DNA of 64,000 nucleotides from Schmidtea polychroa (Eukaryota): NCBI GenBank assembly GCA_044892525.1, contig CM097885.1, positions 52,888,001 to 52,952,000 of the forward strand, read 5' to 3'. Shown piece by piece: positions 25,446 to 38,770 of this stretch (position 1 is its first letter; each line of letters starts with the position of its first letter). The notes under the pieces were generated by a model. It saw only the letters and a program-made list of their open reading frames with translations, ran no database searches and was not told where the DNA came from. The position numbers and the translations under genes were made by a program.

Positions 25446-27474
25446 GTCCATTGTCTTTCAAGCTTGTTAATAATTTCTAAATAATAAATTGATATCTTTT
25501 TTTGTTCTCAGAAATGGTTGTAAATATTACATTTTACAAAAACTATATTTATTTATAAAACATTTATTTTTTATAATATAATGTAAATTGTTTTTTAGGT
25601 AGGTGAAATATATATATATATACAACCTAAACCTGAATAATTACCTATTTGATCAAGATAAATGATAAATTGTTCAGTCATGAGGATACAATGTAAGATG
25701 TTACCAGTTAATGATATCAAAAAAGGTGTGAAATTAAATTATCCAAATATTAAGCAACTTAGTGCTTGAAATAGGAAATACTTAAAAGATATTACCAACA
25801 AAATAGTATACTCTCGTTAAAGAAATTAGTCTCAAATTTTAAAGTTCGTGTCATGAAAATGTAAATTAAATATGAAATGACAAAAAGCGTTTCGGTAAAA
25901 ATGTTAATTAAAAAAATATTTATTTTTCCAAAATATCCCAATGAGGAAATCATATGGAAATTATCAAGTGACAAACATACATGGTAATATTTGGTTGTCT
26001 AATTTGCAATAGAATCTCCTTCGAGATAAAATAAATGTAAATTTGCATATTTTTAAGCAAAAAACTAAATTTTTGGATAAATATTTATGGAAATTTCCTT
26101 AATGATATAATTTATTTCAATTTTTAGCGGAATATTTATATGATTTATAAATGACTCCCTTTTCATGTTTAAATCCCAGATTTAGTTATTTTTATGTTTT
26201 AGCAGTGTATTCAATTCTAATCTCAACAACTATTTTTAGATTCAAATTTCTTTTATGAAACGTGGAAAAAAACAATAATCAAATATTAATTAATTTTCGT
26301 TTGAAACCTTTAAATAGCATTATTGTCATACATTGTTACATAGAAAATTATGTATTTAAATTAAATTAGACCATTATCTAACTATTTTTTAAATTTTTTA
26401 ACAAGAATAAGCAAAATACTCAATCCATTCTTAAATTAATAATCAAAATTAAATTAAATAAACATTTAAATTTTTATAATTACATTTTTTATATATATTG
26501 ATTATTCAAATTATAAATAAAAGATAAATTCGAAGACAAACACAAAATCGACACTTTAAATATTTAAATAATTATAATGAGAAATTCCATCATTGAATTT
26601 TGAAAATAAAACAGTATTTAGCAAAATAAATTAATCTAAATCAATTTACAAAAATACTAATAACTAATTAATTAAAACAAAAGTAATTTTTAATTAACTA
26701 GCTGTCAACTAAAACAAAGTTATTGATTTAGAAAATACATTTCGAAGTTATTTGATTTTATTAAAGTAACTCACATCAATGATTAATTTGGTAGCTTGTT
26801 TAATTTTTAAAGGATAAGATTGTCATTGTGTCAAGTCTTCTATTTACGCGAATTCGACTTCTCTAACTTCATAATTACACGATTTAAAAATTTTGTCTTT
26901 TCTCATTTAGTTGCGCTTGTGTTTCCATAAAATATTATGTTCATGATAGAGTGACAGCACTTGTTCTCGTTGTCACATCTCACTTCCCCTGTCTTTCACA
27001 TACAATACAATTTAGTCTTATTTATCTTTAGGTTTTTAATTTTCATTACCTTTATCATTTACACAGTTAATAAAGTTAATATAAATATATATATTCGAAT
27101 TTAAAGAAAATTAAGAGTAAAAAATTCATTAAATTTCTCTTCAAATTAAAATAAAATTTAAAAAAAATGATGGCTATAATTTTTATTTGTTAATATGAAA
27201 ATAATTAATTATTTAGATTTTGAATTGTTCCCTAGAGCTGTAACATTTTAATTTAAAATTTTACTTTTGGACATCTAAGTAATTTTTAGTCTATTGATAA
27301 GCTGAACATTTAAGTCAATTTAGTTCTACAGTTAAACACAATTTCTCCTGGGAAAACTTTTCAAACTTTTCATCTTTAAATTAATGAATTTAACACTGCT
27401 GGAAACCGAGAAAAAACAACTATCTCACTTGAAAATAAAATATTTGTTTAATTGTTTAATATTAAATACTAAAA

Positions 27475-27596
<122 letters not shown>

Positions 27597-27706
27597 ATTG
27601 CATGATGAAGGACTAGATAAATACCACATAAGGTTGAAAAATCAGGATGATAATGAATTTATCAGAATACTTTAGGAAAGGATCTAAAAGGGAAAAGAAA
27701 AACATG

Positions 27707-27734
<28 letters not shown>

Positions 27735-27739
<5 letters not shown>

Positions 27740-30700
27740 GGCTGAATTGGAAAAAATGATCGTCGAAAAATAAGATAGATAAGAGGCGAATAAAATAAAA
27801 TAAGACCACCAATTTTAGGAATAAATAAATCAAGACATAAAATAAACCATAAATAAGATATAAAAATTAAAACAAAAAAAAATAAAAATTAAAAAATTAA
27901 AAAATAAAGTAATAACATAATGAATAAGATACCGGAAACGCAATAAATAATAAGGAATTTAGGAAATAAATAAAAGATATAATAAAAATAGGAAAATAAG
28001 TAAAATACCCAAAGAAATAGGAAAAAACAAATTAATTTAATAAAATAAGCGGTACTCAATTTTGATTGGTCCGCGTAAATGAAAAATTGGTATATAAACC
28101 AACGCCAAAATCATAAAAATCAGTGTTAATTTGAAAAAACATTACAGGACTGACTCTAGGACCAGAAAACCTTCAATAAATTCAGAGAAACTACTCGAGA
28201 ACCTCATAAAACCGACTACCAGCTTCGACACCAGTTGACTATTTTGGAAAAGACGAGCCTTATATTTCGATTCAGCCTAACGTGACAGTAAGAGATTGTA
28301 TTCAATTGTTATTCTTAATTTTTGAAGTAACAATAACTATGTATATTTATTAAATAATTAAAATTTTAAGTTACATTTGATCTTTTCTTTTCACTTGATC
28401 CCGATTAATAAATTTGATAAATTAACTGGTTTAAAAATCTAAAGTCATTAATTCGATATGATTTGGCAATTCTTATGATTATTTTTATGAAGTATATTTT
28501 TATGCTGTTCAAAGTAACGAGTAACGTGGAGTTGAGATACTCCATGTCATGGTATGAGGTGCCTTCGGGAGCTCAGCCGGTGGACATGGAGTATTTCAAT
28601 CACGCAGCTAGATTGGGCCGAAATGTGAAGGCTTCTTCACGGGTCCAATCGCTGAAGGTGCGACTAAATTCTATGAAAAGATTGCTGTAGGAAAACCGTA
28701 GTTAGACAGTGATTGAAAAGACAGATGTATAAATGGATGCATTTTTGACAATTCGCACGGTGATTGAGGAGGTCACGCTATTAGCTCATCGGTTCGTTTT
28801 CTTGAACTTTATCACATCTTAGTTATCAGAAAATTGTCATATAATTATTCGGTAAATTCGTCTAAAAATTGGTGTCATTTCATAACCTACATCACCTGAA
28901 TGCATAATTTTACGAAAATTAGATCCTGTGACTTTCAGCTGCCAGAACTCCATAAATGTAGTCTATCGTATTTTTCGCACATAATTAATTTTGATAAATC
29001 GGTCGAGAGTACATATGGTAGCGAATCCCGAAAATTAATTAATTCCAAAAATATTTACAGAATTACGAAATATCTCTAAATTCAATTCAACAAAATTTAT
29101 TTTATACAAAGAAAAAACTAGTTCAATGCCATACCTTCCCCAGAGATCGAACAGGCAATGTCTAAGGCATAGTTGCGAAATTCACGAATCCAACGAGTAA
29201 AATCCAAATTTTCAGTGTAGTACCGAGAGGGGTCGACTGTAGTTTTCTTCATTACCTTCTTATTGATCGTCAGGAATTCCACTAAAAGTCCAATTTTTGA
29301 GTTTAACTTCATATTGAGAAACATCAGCAGTAGCAAGAGGAAATCCACATAATCCACCGCACAATGAGTATCGGATAACATATGAGTAGCGAGATGTTGA
29401 TGGAATTAGCACCAAGTGCGATAAAAATCCAAAATTCATTTCAAGTCATAAACAACCACACGCAAAATCACATTGATACGGCAAACATACGAGAGTTCAC
29501 ATAGTGCATGCACACCACACACTGACATGGAGAACATTCGCATGAGAGACATGAGTCAATTCTCAGGTAAATATCATCAGCAACAAACTTGGCCATATGT
29601 CATACTGATAGTAATTTTTCCTCTCTGCAAGATAATGACGGAGAAATATGTTAGATAGCAACTGGTCTGAGACTATTGTATTCAAGCTATCGCTTCTCAC
29701 ATACTACTGGATAAAGATTTGGTCTAGACTAATTATGGAATAATCATCAGATAATTATAATCCTGATTACGATCACAAATCGCACTCTTAAATTAGTTAC
29801 AAATTATTTATGTTTTAGAAAATTAGAATGATTTAAATTAGGCTTGCAGATAATACTAACAATCTCGTTCAGTAGCCCATTTAAATAATCGTAAGAATCT
29901 TCAACAAAGCACAATAAATAATGTATCAAAGTTTTCATTAAACATCATTATATTATTATTATTATTATTCTAATATTTTACTAAATATCATCGATCCGCA
30001 AACCGCCACCTATAATATCATATGAGTGGGTGAAGGGGGCAAGAGCGTTGGGAAGGTCGTTAGCGTCGAGGTCGCGCAATTTTTGATCATAAATGGAATT
30101 CCGGATTGGTAGGAGAAATTTTGGGATTAGTAAAGGTATCCCTGAACCTGTATTAATCGAATTGCATTCGTCAAATCAGTATAGTTCAGTTAGGTAAAGA
30201 ATTTTATCCGTCAAACTGGCATCATTTAATGGAATTAAGTAATTTTGTACATAATCTAAATCGACGAGTAAGGACATTCATTGTTGTTTGATGGCTGGAT
30301 ATCCACGGGCAGTCGATTATTCGTACTCCACGTATTTTCTTCAACCATGTACATATTACGTCTTAACCTCATTCTTTATAGCGAGCATGACACCAACTAC
30401 CAAACCTGCGTTACGTCCGTGCTTCTCTTGTGCGGATAAAAACGCCATCATCAAAGATCTGCAAACCCAGATTGGACGTTACAAAAGGAAGATAGATGAG
30501 CTAGAAGGGACATGGTTTAGTCCCGCTCGGATGAAAGAGATCCAAAAGAAGCTCGATCGTAGCGAGCATTGCCGGGACGCGCTAATATCTGAGAGCCGTG
30601 CCCAAAGAAGTCTCATCAAAGAACAGTCAGAGGCACTGCACAAAGTCTACGTGCAGGCGGCTACAACCCGAAAAATAGTGCAGATTCCTATCAAAGAGGC

Positions 30701-31651
30701 CGATAACATCTTTCCGCCTCATCACAACCCTTCCTCGGATCCATCTCCGCCGTTCAAGAGACCGTGTCGAGACTGCGTGGAAACCGAACTTTCACCTGGG
30801 CGACCGGACGTTGTCCTCCCGGGTACTAGCAAGACTTCAGCTGCTAACATCTCTATACCCACTGCGCCTCAAACCACCACAACTACGAGCAAACCCAAGC
30901 GCAAACAATTATCGCGTGCGGAACGAAAGCGGAGGCAGCGTGAGCGTGCGTCCACCAAGCCAAGCCTCCTATCAATAGAAGACTCTACCGGCGGTGGTAG
31001 TTCTCGAGTGTCCATCGACTTAACAATAGGGGCCCCAGCGCGCATCATCTCGGCGGCTGGCGTGACATGGGAGGAAAATGCCTCCGAATTCTTTGATCTG
31101 GACGAGTTGCTCGCCGACACCGAATGGGAACATGAGATTCATGAAGTCCGTTAGGAAGTCGTATCGCATTTATTGTGACATTTCTTTTTCTCCACGAACA
31201 CTCGTGATGTGTACGATTAACTCCTTGTGTATTAATATTGAATACTAATAAATTTCGTCGTTTACTTACTTCCGTTTATAAACTGTCAGATTTAAATTAA
31301 ATAAGTTGAATATAGCGTCTTCGAGAGTTAACGAATAATCCCCGATTTATTCTCGTAGAATTCTGGCAACCGGTGGTGTAATGAAATGGACGTAAGCCCT
31401 TCTATCGGCAGTCAGGAATGGGAAGTCGAGGCCTCAGCAAGGAGTAGTTTTAAGGCAGAAGCTCACCTGCTTGCTGGCGTCTCGCCTGCATGGTGCAGTA
31501 CCAACGTGAAGTAATTCACGGGCACTATGCTGGAAGAAAGTTATGTAGGGTTTCACTCCAGGTTGACAAAGCGGCGGCACATTTTATTCGAGATGGACAA
31601 TCAACCCTTAGACCAGACAATATGGTAGAGTAGTCAGCCGAGGTGTAACCC

Positions 31652-31656
<5 letters not shown>
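27735..31656 (+). mobile_element. Large (3922 bp) solo-LTR-like element in a (TA)n array
   Basis: TGTTGGG...CCCAACA termini, (TA)n on both sides, A-rich 5' part, ATTGG box, TATATAAA (28091) and TCAGT initiator (28121); no gag/pol. Confidence 0.7.
30387..31154 (+). CDS. Hypothetical 255-aa protein inside the solo-LTR-like element
   Basis: Intact GC-rich ORF; ATG 30387 just after a splice acceptor-like ttctttatAG; CxxC plus coiled coil, basic KPKRKQLSRAERKRRQR, acidic tail; AATAAA at 31247. Confidence 0.65.
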   Translation: MTPTTKPALRPCFSCADKNAIIKDLQTQIGRYKRKIDELEGTWFSPARMKEIQKKLDRSEHCRDALISESRAQRSLIKEQSEALHKVYVQAATTRKIVQIPIKEADNIFPPHHNPSSDPSPPFKRPCRDCVETELSPGRPDVVLPGTSKTSAANISIPTAPQTTTTTSKPKRKQLSRAERKRRQRERASTKPSLLSIEDSTGGGSSRVSIDLTIGAPARIISAAGVTWEENASEFFDLDELLADTEWEHEIHEVR

Positions 31657-31736
<80 letters not shown>

Positions 31737-32439
31737 TAATTTTTATCTACTTCCAATGAATTCAATATATCCTCAAACTCTACTCTCAAGTACTTTGTTC
31801 CTACATAAGGCAACATACTGGTGGTTTCTAATTTCGACTCGCCTTATATAGTGGTATGATCCATTAATTATTGATCCTCAACCCAAATTTTCTCTGTTTG
31901 ACAATCCTCCCTCTGAGGCTTTCTTTCATGTTCTCGTCGTATAACAATATTATCAATTTGCATCTTTCAATTAATCATGGCGTCTTAATAATGGTTTTTC
32001 GAATTTCCTTTTGTTTGTTTTCTTGTTATTTATCCAAAAAGAATTTTCTTTAATTAATTAATTAATTAGAGATTTCATGTTTTACTTTTCCCTTTTTGAT
32101 CCTTTCTTAAAGTATTCTGATAAATTCATTATCATCCTGATTTTTCCACCTTATGTGGTATTTATCTAGTCCTTCATCATGCAATTTTTAATTATACCAT
32201 TTGTTGGCGCTTAGGGAATATGTCATTTAAATGTTTTGGGGGTGCTTATGGATTCGGCATCGACTCTTCACTAAACGCCTTCATGATTATTTTACTTTTT
32301 ACCATCTGTCTACCCATGACAACGATCATGTTGGTAATGTACAAAGTGGTTGAAAATCAATGAGCAGGTGAGCTCTACTACTAGAACTATTACTCATTAC
32401 ATTTTCATTTTACAGTCCTGGATTACCGATAGAAGACCT

Positions 32440-32620
32440 TAAGTCAATTTTAGCTATCTATCCCTTTCTTAGATGATTGTCCTTTCTCATTCAATTAATA
32501 CCTATTTCCGAAACTGTACCATATTGCCGATGACACTAAAATCTTTAGTCGCGGAAACAGTTCTGCACTCTTTGCCATAGCTCCTTCGTATGAAAATACT
32601 ACCAATGACATCCCTAATTA
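32440..32620 (+). pseudogene. Non-LTR retrotransposon RT fragment (CR1/L2-like)
   Basis: IADDTKIF motif at ~32523. Confidence 0.45.
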
Positions 32621-34282
32621 ATTTGATTATGGTCCTTCGTATGTAATTACGACCAATAATCATTCTTAATCTTTTATATTATTAATTATTTATTTTATCT
32701 ATTATCCTTTTATTTTCGAGTTGGCAGATTTTTAAAATGCATTATTTCTCTCTTAATTTTGTTGGTTATTGCAACTTTTTGCGATTATCAATTTTAGTAT
32801 ACTTGTTTTATTTATTCTCAATGTGTTGTGTACTTTGTATTATTTGGTGCATAATCATAGATTTTAATTCAACTTGGTGCGGTTTTTATTCTATGTATTT
32901 TGGACTCATTAAAACAAGCTCTTAAATTTTTGGCCCTGGTCCAACAGTAATCCTCACCACACATTTTTTGACTATTTCCAAAATATTTCGTTTCCTGAGA
33001 GAATATGATCTTTTAAGATAATTTTAGTTTTACAATCCCAACATTGTGTATTTATTTTTAATCATCAGATATTCAAGGAGACCAAGAATAATTGAATAAA
33101 TGAATAGTTCGAATTCCTCAATCTATTCTTATTGTTTGAATGTTTTGAATATGACATTGTTTTACAAATACGATTTTTTGATTTTTCTGTGCATAATTTT
33201 CCATTGTTAAAATAAAAACTAAAATAATATCTGTAACTAATATTTTAAGTCGAGGTCTTATAGCTAATTTAATTATTTTAAAAAAATAATTATTTTTTAT
33301 TAAATTTCTTGAAATTGTTTATTTTTACATTTGTCCTATTAAATGCGATGGACAAAAGAAAACATTTTACTGATAAATGTTATAAAATTGGAATTAGTGT
33401 GTAATTTAAATTTTACTAAAATATGAGAAGTGGAAATTTTAATCATAAATTAATAATGAAAAATGAAATTCAAAATTTTATGGAAATCTTTATGACATTG
33501 AAACAAATTTCTTCTACAAAAACTATCTTTTATATTATATTTTAGATTACCTCAATTAAAGTCCAATTTGCTTGAAACTTTTACATTAATTCAATAAGTT
33601 TCATCTAAATAAAATTTAAATATTATAAGAACTTTTTTTTACAATTTCACCACTGTTTTCTTTTTCATCGTATTTATTAAAAAGCTTGAAGAAAATTATA
33701 TTGATGTTTTTGATAATCACGAATTTTCGGCACTGCCTTTTTCAAGTGAATTTTTTGAAGCTAAAATTTAAACTTTTTGAAAATTAATACTTTTAATTTA
33801 TAAAATTTTTAAATGAATCGAATTTATCATTGATAAATTTTAGATGTTTCAGAAAAAAATTACTTCATAAAATTTTTTTCAGTTTTTTTAATAAATAAAA
33901 AGAAATTTGGTTGAAAATATTTCAAAAATTTTTACGAAATGAATTCGAATAATTTCAGTTTGGAATTCAAAAAATTTTAAACTTCAAAATGTTCATTTTA
34001 ATGATGATTGTGTTTTATTTTTTTATTTATTAGTCAATTAAAATTATAAAAATATATAGTTTAAATTTTTATCAAATATTATTTATATTTTTATTTTCTA
34101 TAATTTAGGAAAATTTCTTTCAAAAATTAATTACCACAATTTTTAAAAATAAAATTTTTTTATACAAATTCTTTTATGTGGCTGCTACATAGACATAATT
34201 CTGAATATTATAAATGCATTTATTAAAAAAATATCGACATATACAAAGAATCAAGAGGGTTTAAATCATCAAAATATGGTTT

Positions 34283-34572
34283 TTATTTTCGAAATTTTGT
34301 TTTGAAATTGCAGGTTTTTGTGCAAGTGAAAAAATAGGCGACACAATTCGTATGACAATGAGAATCGGCTGATGTTTCTGATCCACAATGGCCGGTGCAT
34401 GATCTATAATTTGATTTGCAATTTTCGACGCAATCTGCTTTTGTATTTTTCAAATTTTCCAATAAATAAATCAATAACATTATAATCTAAACAAAATAAT
34501 TAATAAATAAAAAAATATTATTTAATAAAACTCAATTAGGAATATTTTATATCTGACCTTTAAATAATCCAT
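34283..34572 (-). CDS. Two-exon small secreted cysteine-rich protein (72 aa)
   Basis: Exons 34558-34572 and 34283-34486 with a 71-nt GT-AG intron; MDYLKIIMLLIYLLENLKNTKA-DCVENCKSNYRSCTGHC...CHTNCVAYFFTCTKTC; TATATAAATA ~50 nt upstream; AATAAA ~60 nt downstream. Confidence 0.8.
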
Positions 34573-35555
34573 TTTCAGTTCTTTGGAAATTAACAAATGT
34601 CTCGAATTATGTTGTCTAATTATTTATATATTTCACGCATGATTGACTATCAAACACGGTTCGACTGTTTATTGATTTTTTCAACGTGATTTTGAAATAA
34701 TTGTTTGATAGTTAAACAATTGTGTAATAATCAATGTCAAATAATAAATTGAAATAAATTTTATAAACACTCACTCAGGTAAAAGTTCAAGTTAAATTCA
34801 ACTGCCAAACTTCAAGGTTTATAAACTTATCAAAGGTTTGTCAACAAGATTACATGAACAGAAGAAATGATTTTTATTTAATGAAAATTGTTCAATAATA
34901 TTTTTAATCCGCTGTTGTGTTGAGTTTAGATAACACAATACATTGACTTTTTGATGAAATTCAGAGTCATTAAGGAATGAAATATTTACTTTTTTACTGT
35001 AACAATCAATTAAAAGTATCGAATAATCAGAAACAATGAAAAATATATTATGGATAAGAAATATTTAATCAAATTTAAATTGTTTTATTCTGATTGGTTG
35101 ATTAAAATTATTAACTGGCTTATCAAATCAATGTCACAAAACTAACATTTTTAAAGAAATTGCTTATTTTTTTAGTTTATATATTTACTTCTCAACTCAG
35201 ACGTCTCTTTTAATTAATTTAATTTTTAACAAAAGACAACTTAAATTTAAATATTAATAATTAATCTATTGTATCTTTTTATTAAAAACAAATATTCAAA
35301 CGACTGTAACTTGCTTCAATTGGATAATCGCGAAGAAATAATAAAAAATTTACGATTGAAATTTAATTCATATTTCTGAAACCCATGCGCATATTTTTCA
35401 ATTTACTATATTTTAATTATTTAAAACAAAAAATAAAATAATAAAAATAAATAATAAAATTTTATAACATAGAACACATACAAAGTTACTAGTATATTAA
35501 AAATTTTTTTTCAGAAATAAAATTTTTATTGTGTAATACACAAAAGCATATAGAT

Positions 35556-35757
35556 CAGGGGTTTCAAACTCAAACTGGCCTGCGGGCCGCATTAGACTAG
35601 TATTATGAGCCGGTGGGCCGCATTAGACTAGTATTATGGGCCGGCGGGCCGCAACATAAATAATTGTTTTTCAGAACATGTGGAGTCTGAAACTCCGACG
35701 TTAATATTTATTTAATTAAAAACTCAACCAAACTAAAAAACATTTTTTTATTATTAA

Positions 35758-35810
<53 letters not shown>

Positions 35811-35955
35811 TGTATAACGTCATATGTATAAATCAAAATAATTAAAAAGATAAGTTTTAATTTATACAGCCAATTATGATTTTAATTGTTAAATAAGTTT
35901 GGTTAAATTACAAATCTATGTTTTTTCGTTGCGGGCCGCGTGTTTGAGACCCCTG
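35556..35955. mobile_element. hAT MITE
   Basis: CAGGGGTTTCAAAC/GTTTGAGACCCCTG TIRs, 8-bp TSD ATATAGAT, subterminal GGGCCGC repeats. Confidence 0.9.
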
Positions 35956-36099
35956 ATATAGATTAAGGGTGGATTAACCACAAATTAAGGTATAATATAT
36001 ATGAAATTAATTTATACATCGTAAAACTTAAACTGCAACATAAAATAAAGACTAAAATTATGAGCGGCGAATAAACGTAAAGTTAAGATAGAAAAACAG

Positions 36100-36650
36100 A
36101 GATCTTTGCCACGGGGAAAAAAGTCTGAAGACATAAGATGAAATCGTGACAATTTATAATCTCATAAGATTTAAAAGAGAGTCGTGTATTGAAGATTGGA
36201 ACTCAGAATAAGGTTTGCAATTTACGTCAACATATCTAAGGAATTTTCTCTAAGAAGGTTGGACTTATGAAAATACATTGATGAATGTGGCTTCATGTAT
36301 GGATCAACAAAACAGGTGGCAGAATTAAAAAGAAATGAAAGACCTTTTCCAATTCCTACTAGAAGATGTATTTCATTGGTACTTAAATATAAATGGCCCA
36401 GTTCATCAAAGTTTTTTATAAATCACTGAATAAGTAAAGCGGACAAGGCTTAATTAATACACTGAAGGAAAGTCTGAACAAAACGTGTTATTATTTAATA
36501 CATAATGTACCTATAATTCATGGTAAATTAAAATCAAGAAACAACTCCATTACATATCTACCCCATATTATAAGAGATCAAAATACAAAATTTCAAATGT
36601 TGACTTTTAAATAACTGATCTGAAAATGGTTACTTTCTAAAATATATAGA
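36100..36650 (+). pseudogene. IS630/Tc1-like transposase remnant
   Basis: YIDECGF and YLP-like motifs; many stops. Confidence 0.45.
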
Positions 36651-38039
36651 AAAATCGAAGAAGCTAAATTAATGAGTGTTAAACTAGAACTGAGGGTTAC
36701 AGATTTTTTAATGCGTCGAAAATGTGCAAAGAGAAACACTCCTATAATAACTCTATTCTAGACAAATTTTAGAATGAAAAGATGGTGGAAAAATTGAGTG
36801 TCGGTAAAAATGAAGACATAATACTAAGATTTGTTTTAAAGTTAAAATATATTTAATATTTCCTTAACATTTCAGGCATATCTGTAAAAATCCATCAGTT
36901 TTACAAAGGTGAAAAGATTATATTGTAAGATTTATTTAAGTTATAATCAATTAATTATTTCAATAGACTTTCAAATATTGATCGACTTTCTACAATGCCT
37001 AATACCGGAACAAGAAAGCAAAAGTTCTAAATTTTATTTACAAATTTAGAATTTTGGAAATTGACACAGTTTGAATAATAAATGCCATGGGTGAATGGCA
37101 ATGATTATTTCCATTTTGTCTAGATTCGTAGATTTTTCCTGAAATGTAAAAAAATACATATTTATGAACATTAATTTGGTTATTAAACAAACATTACTTT
37201 AAAAAATATCTAACTCACTTTAAATTGAAATATTTCCACAAATAAAATAAATAATTTTCTAAAAATGTTGAAAAATTAATAGTAAAATGAAAAAATAACA
37301 TGATTTGTAGGGAAAAAAAATATTTAATCAAGTTGATTCACTGTTATCATCAGGTAGTATAGAAAAAATTAAATATTGTAGATTGATTAATCAAATTACA
37401 ATATTATTATTTTAAATTAAATAATTGTTCAAAATATATTCAAAATTTTTTTCAAATAATATTCAATTTACATATATTAAATAATTTTAATCTTAATTTT
37501 AGAAATCAATTATTGTGAAAACGATGAAAAATTTAATGAAATTTCATTTATTTTCATTCTGACAAAAGATCAAAAATTAATTCAATATAATATAATTAAA
37601 TTTTAGACTTTGCATTTATCAAGTGCTATTAATTACGACAATTCGATAACTATGACACATAGTTCACAAACCCCAGCCTCATTATTACAATTCAATTTCA
37701 ATGCCATTATATGTAAACAGCTGTGGAATTTGATTCATTTGTTGGGTTTTATTAATAAATATTTCATTAGAATTTGGTTTCTTGACTCCGCATGTCACTT
37801 TTATTAAACAACATAGAATCCAACAAATAGTAAAGTTTATTTTTTTTATTATAGGAAAGCGCCACCAAACTTTCATTTTACGATATATTTCGACAATTTT
37901 CCTGTCATCGTCATGTAGGATAGAGAAACAATAGATATTATTGATTTTACGATTCAACCACAAGGAATCGATTATTATTCCTTTGGAAAGTCTTTATGTA
38001 TAAAACCTGTTGCCATTGATTGAGCAATATATTAATAAT

Positions 38040-38340
38040 TATAATTATATCACGGATTAATAATTATAAGCTATGGATACCCGGCATATTCAATAGTAAA
38101 TGAATTAGGTTATATTCACCATGTTGTAAACCATTCGGAAAACTTTGTTGACCCTAATACTAGTTTTCATACAAATACGATGGCAAACCTATGGACGAAG
38201 TTCGGCAAGAAGCAAAAAGGAATGTGGAACAAAAACCGAATTTATTGGTGGATATTTAATCGAATTTATGTGGAAATCAAAATTTGGATCCGATTTATTT
38301 AATAATATAATTGAATATATTAAATTATATTATTGTGTAT
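38040..38340 (+). pseudogene. Merlin (IS1595-like) transposase C-terminal remnant
   Basis: LGYIHHVVNHSENFVDPNTSFHTNT and YLIEFMWK motifs. Confidence 0.8.
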
Positions 38341-38579
38341 TTTTGTTTAATACATTTAATATTTATTTATTATTTTTGTTCATTGGACAAATACTGCAGA
38401 AGTAATAATTTTTCTTTAAAAATATTTTTTAATTTAAATAATAAATTATTTTTCAATTTATACTAAATATATTTATAGATTCTAAAATATTTTATTATAA
38501 TTTTTTATTTTAATAATCTATAAAATTAATAAAAAATCGAAATTTAAAAATGAATTTACATACTAATTTAATAAATTTC

Positions 38580-38770
38580 TTCATACATGACTTCAGTCGA
38601 TAATGTTCACGAGCTCAAATACAGAGATGGTGCGAAGTCTCTCCAATGTTTGTAATATTATACGTGTTACATGTAAATTTATAAATAACACTTCGAAACA
38701 TTTTAGTTTATCACTACTTTTTCTCCCGATAGTTTTCTCCCCCTGTCTATTGATCAATCTACTTTTATAC
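38580..38770 (-). pseudogene. Penelope GIY-YIG fragment
   Basis: VIYKFTCNTYNITNIGETSHHL...AREH on the minus strand. Confidence 0.7.

Noticed and set aside
27600..27650. Hammerhead-like ATGATGA...GAAA
   Set aside because: No convincing helix II or cleavage triplet.
28780..29720. Antisense spliced gene in the solo-LTR-like unit
   Set aside because: An 87-aa ORF and a donor-like site exist, but no consistent exon chain could be built.
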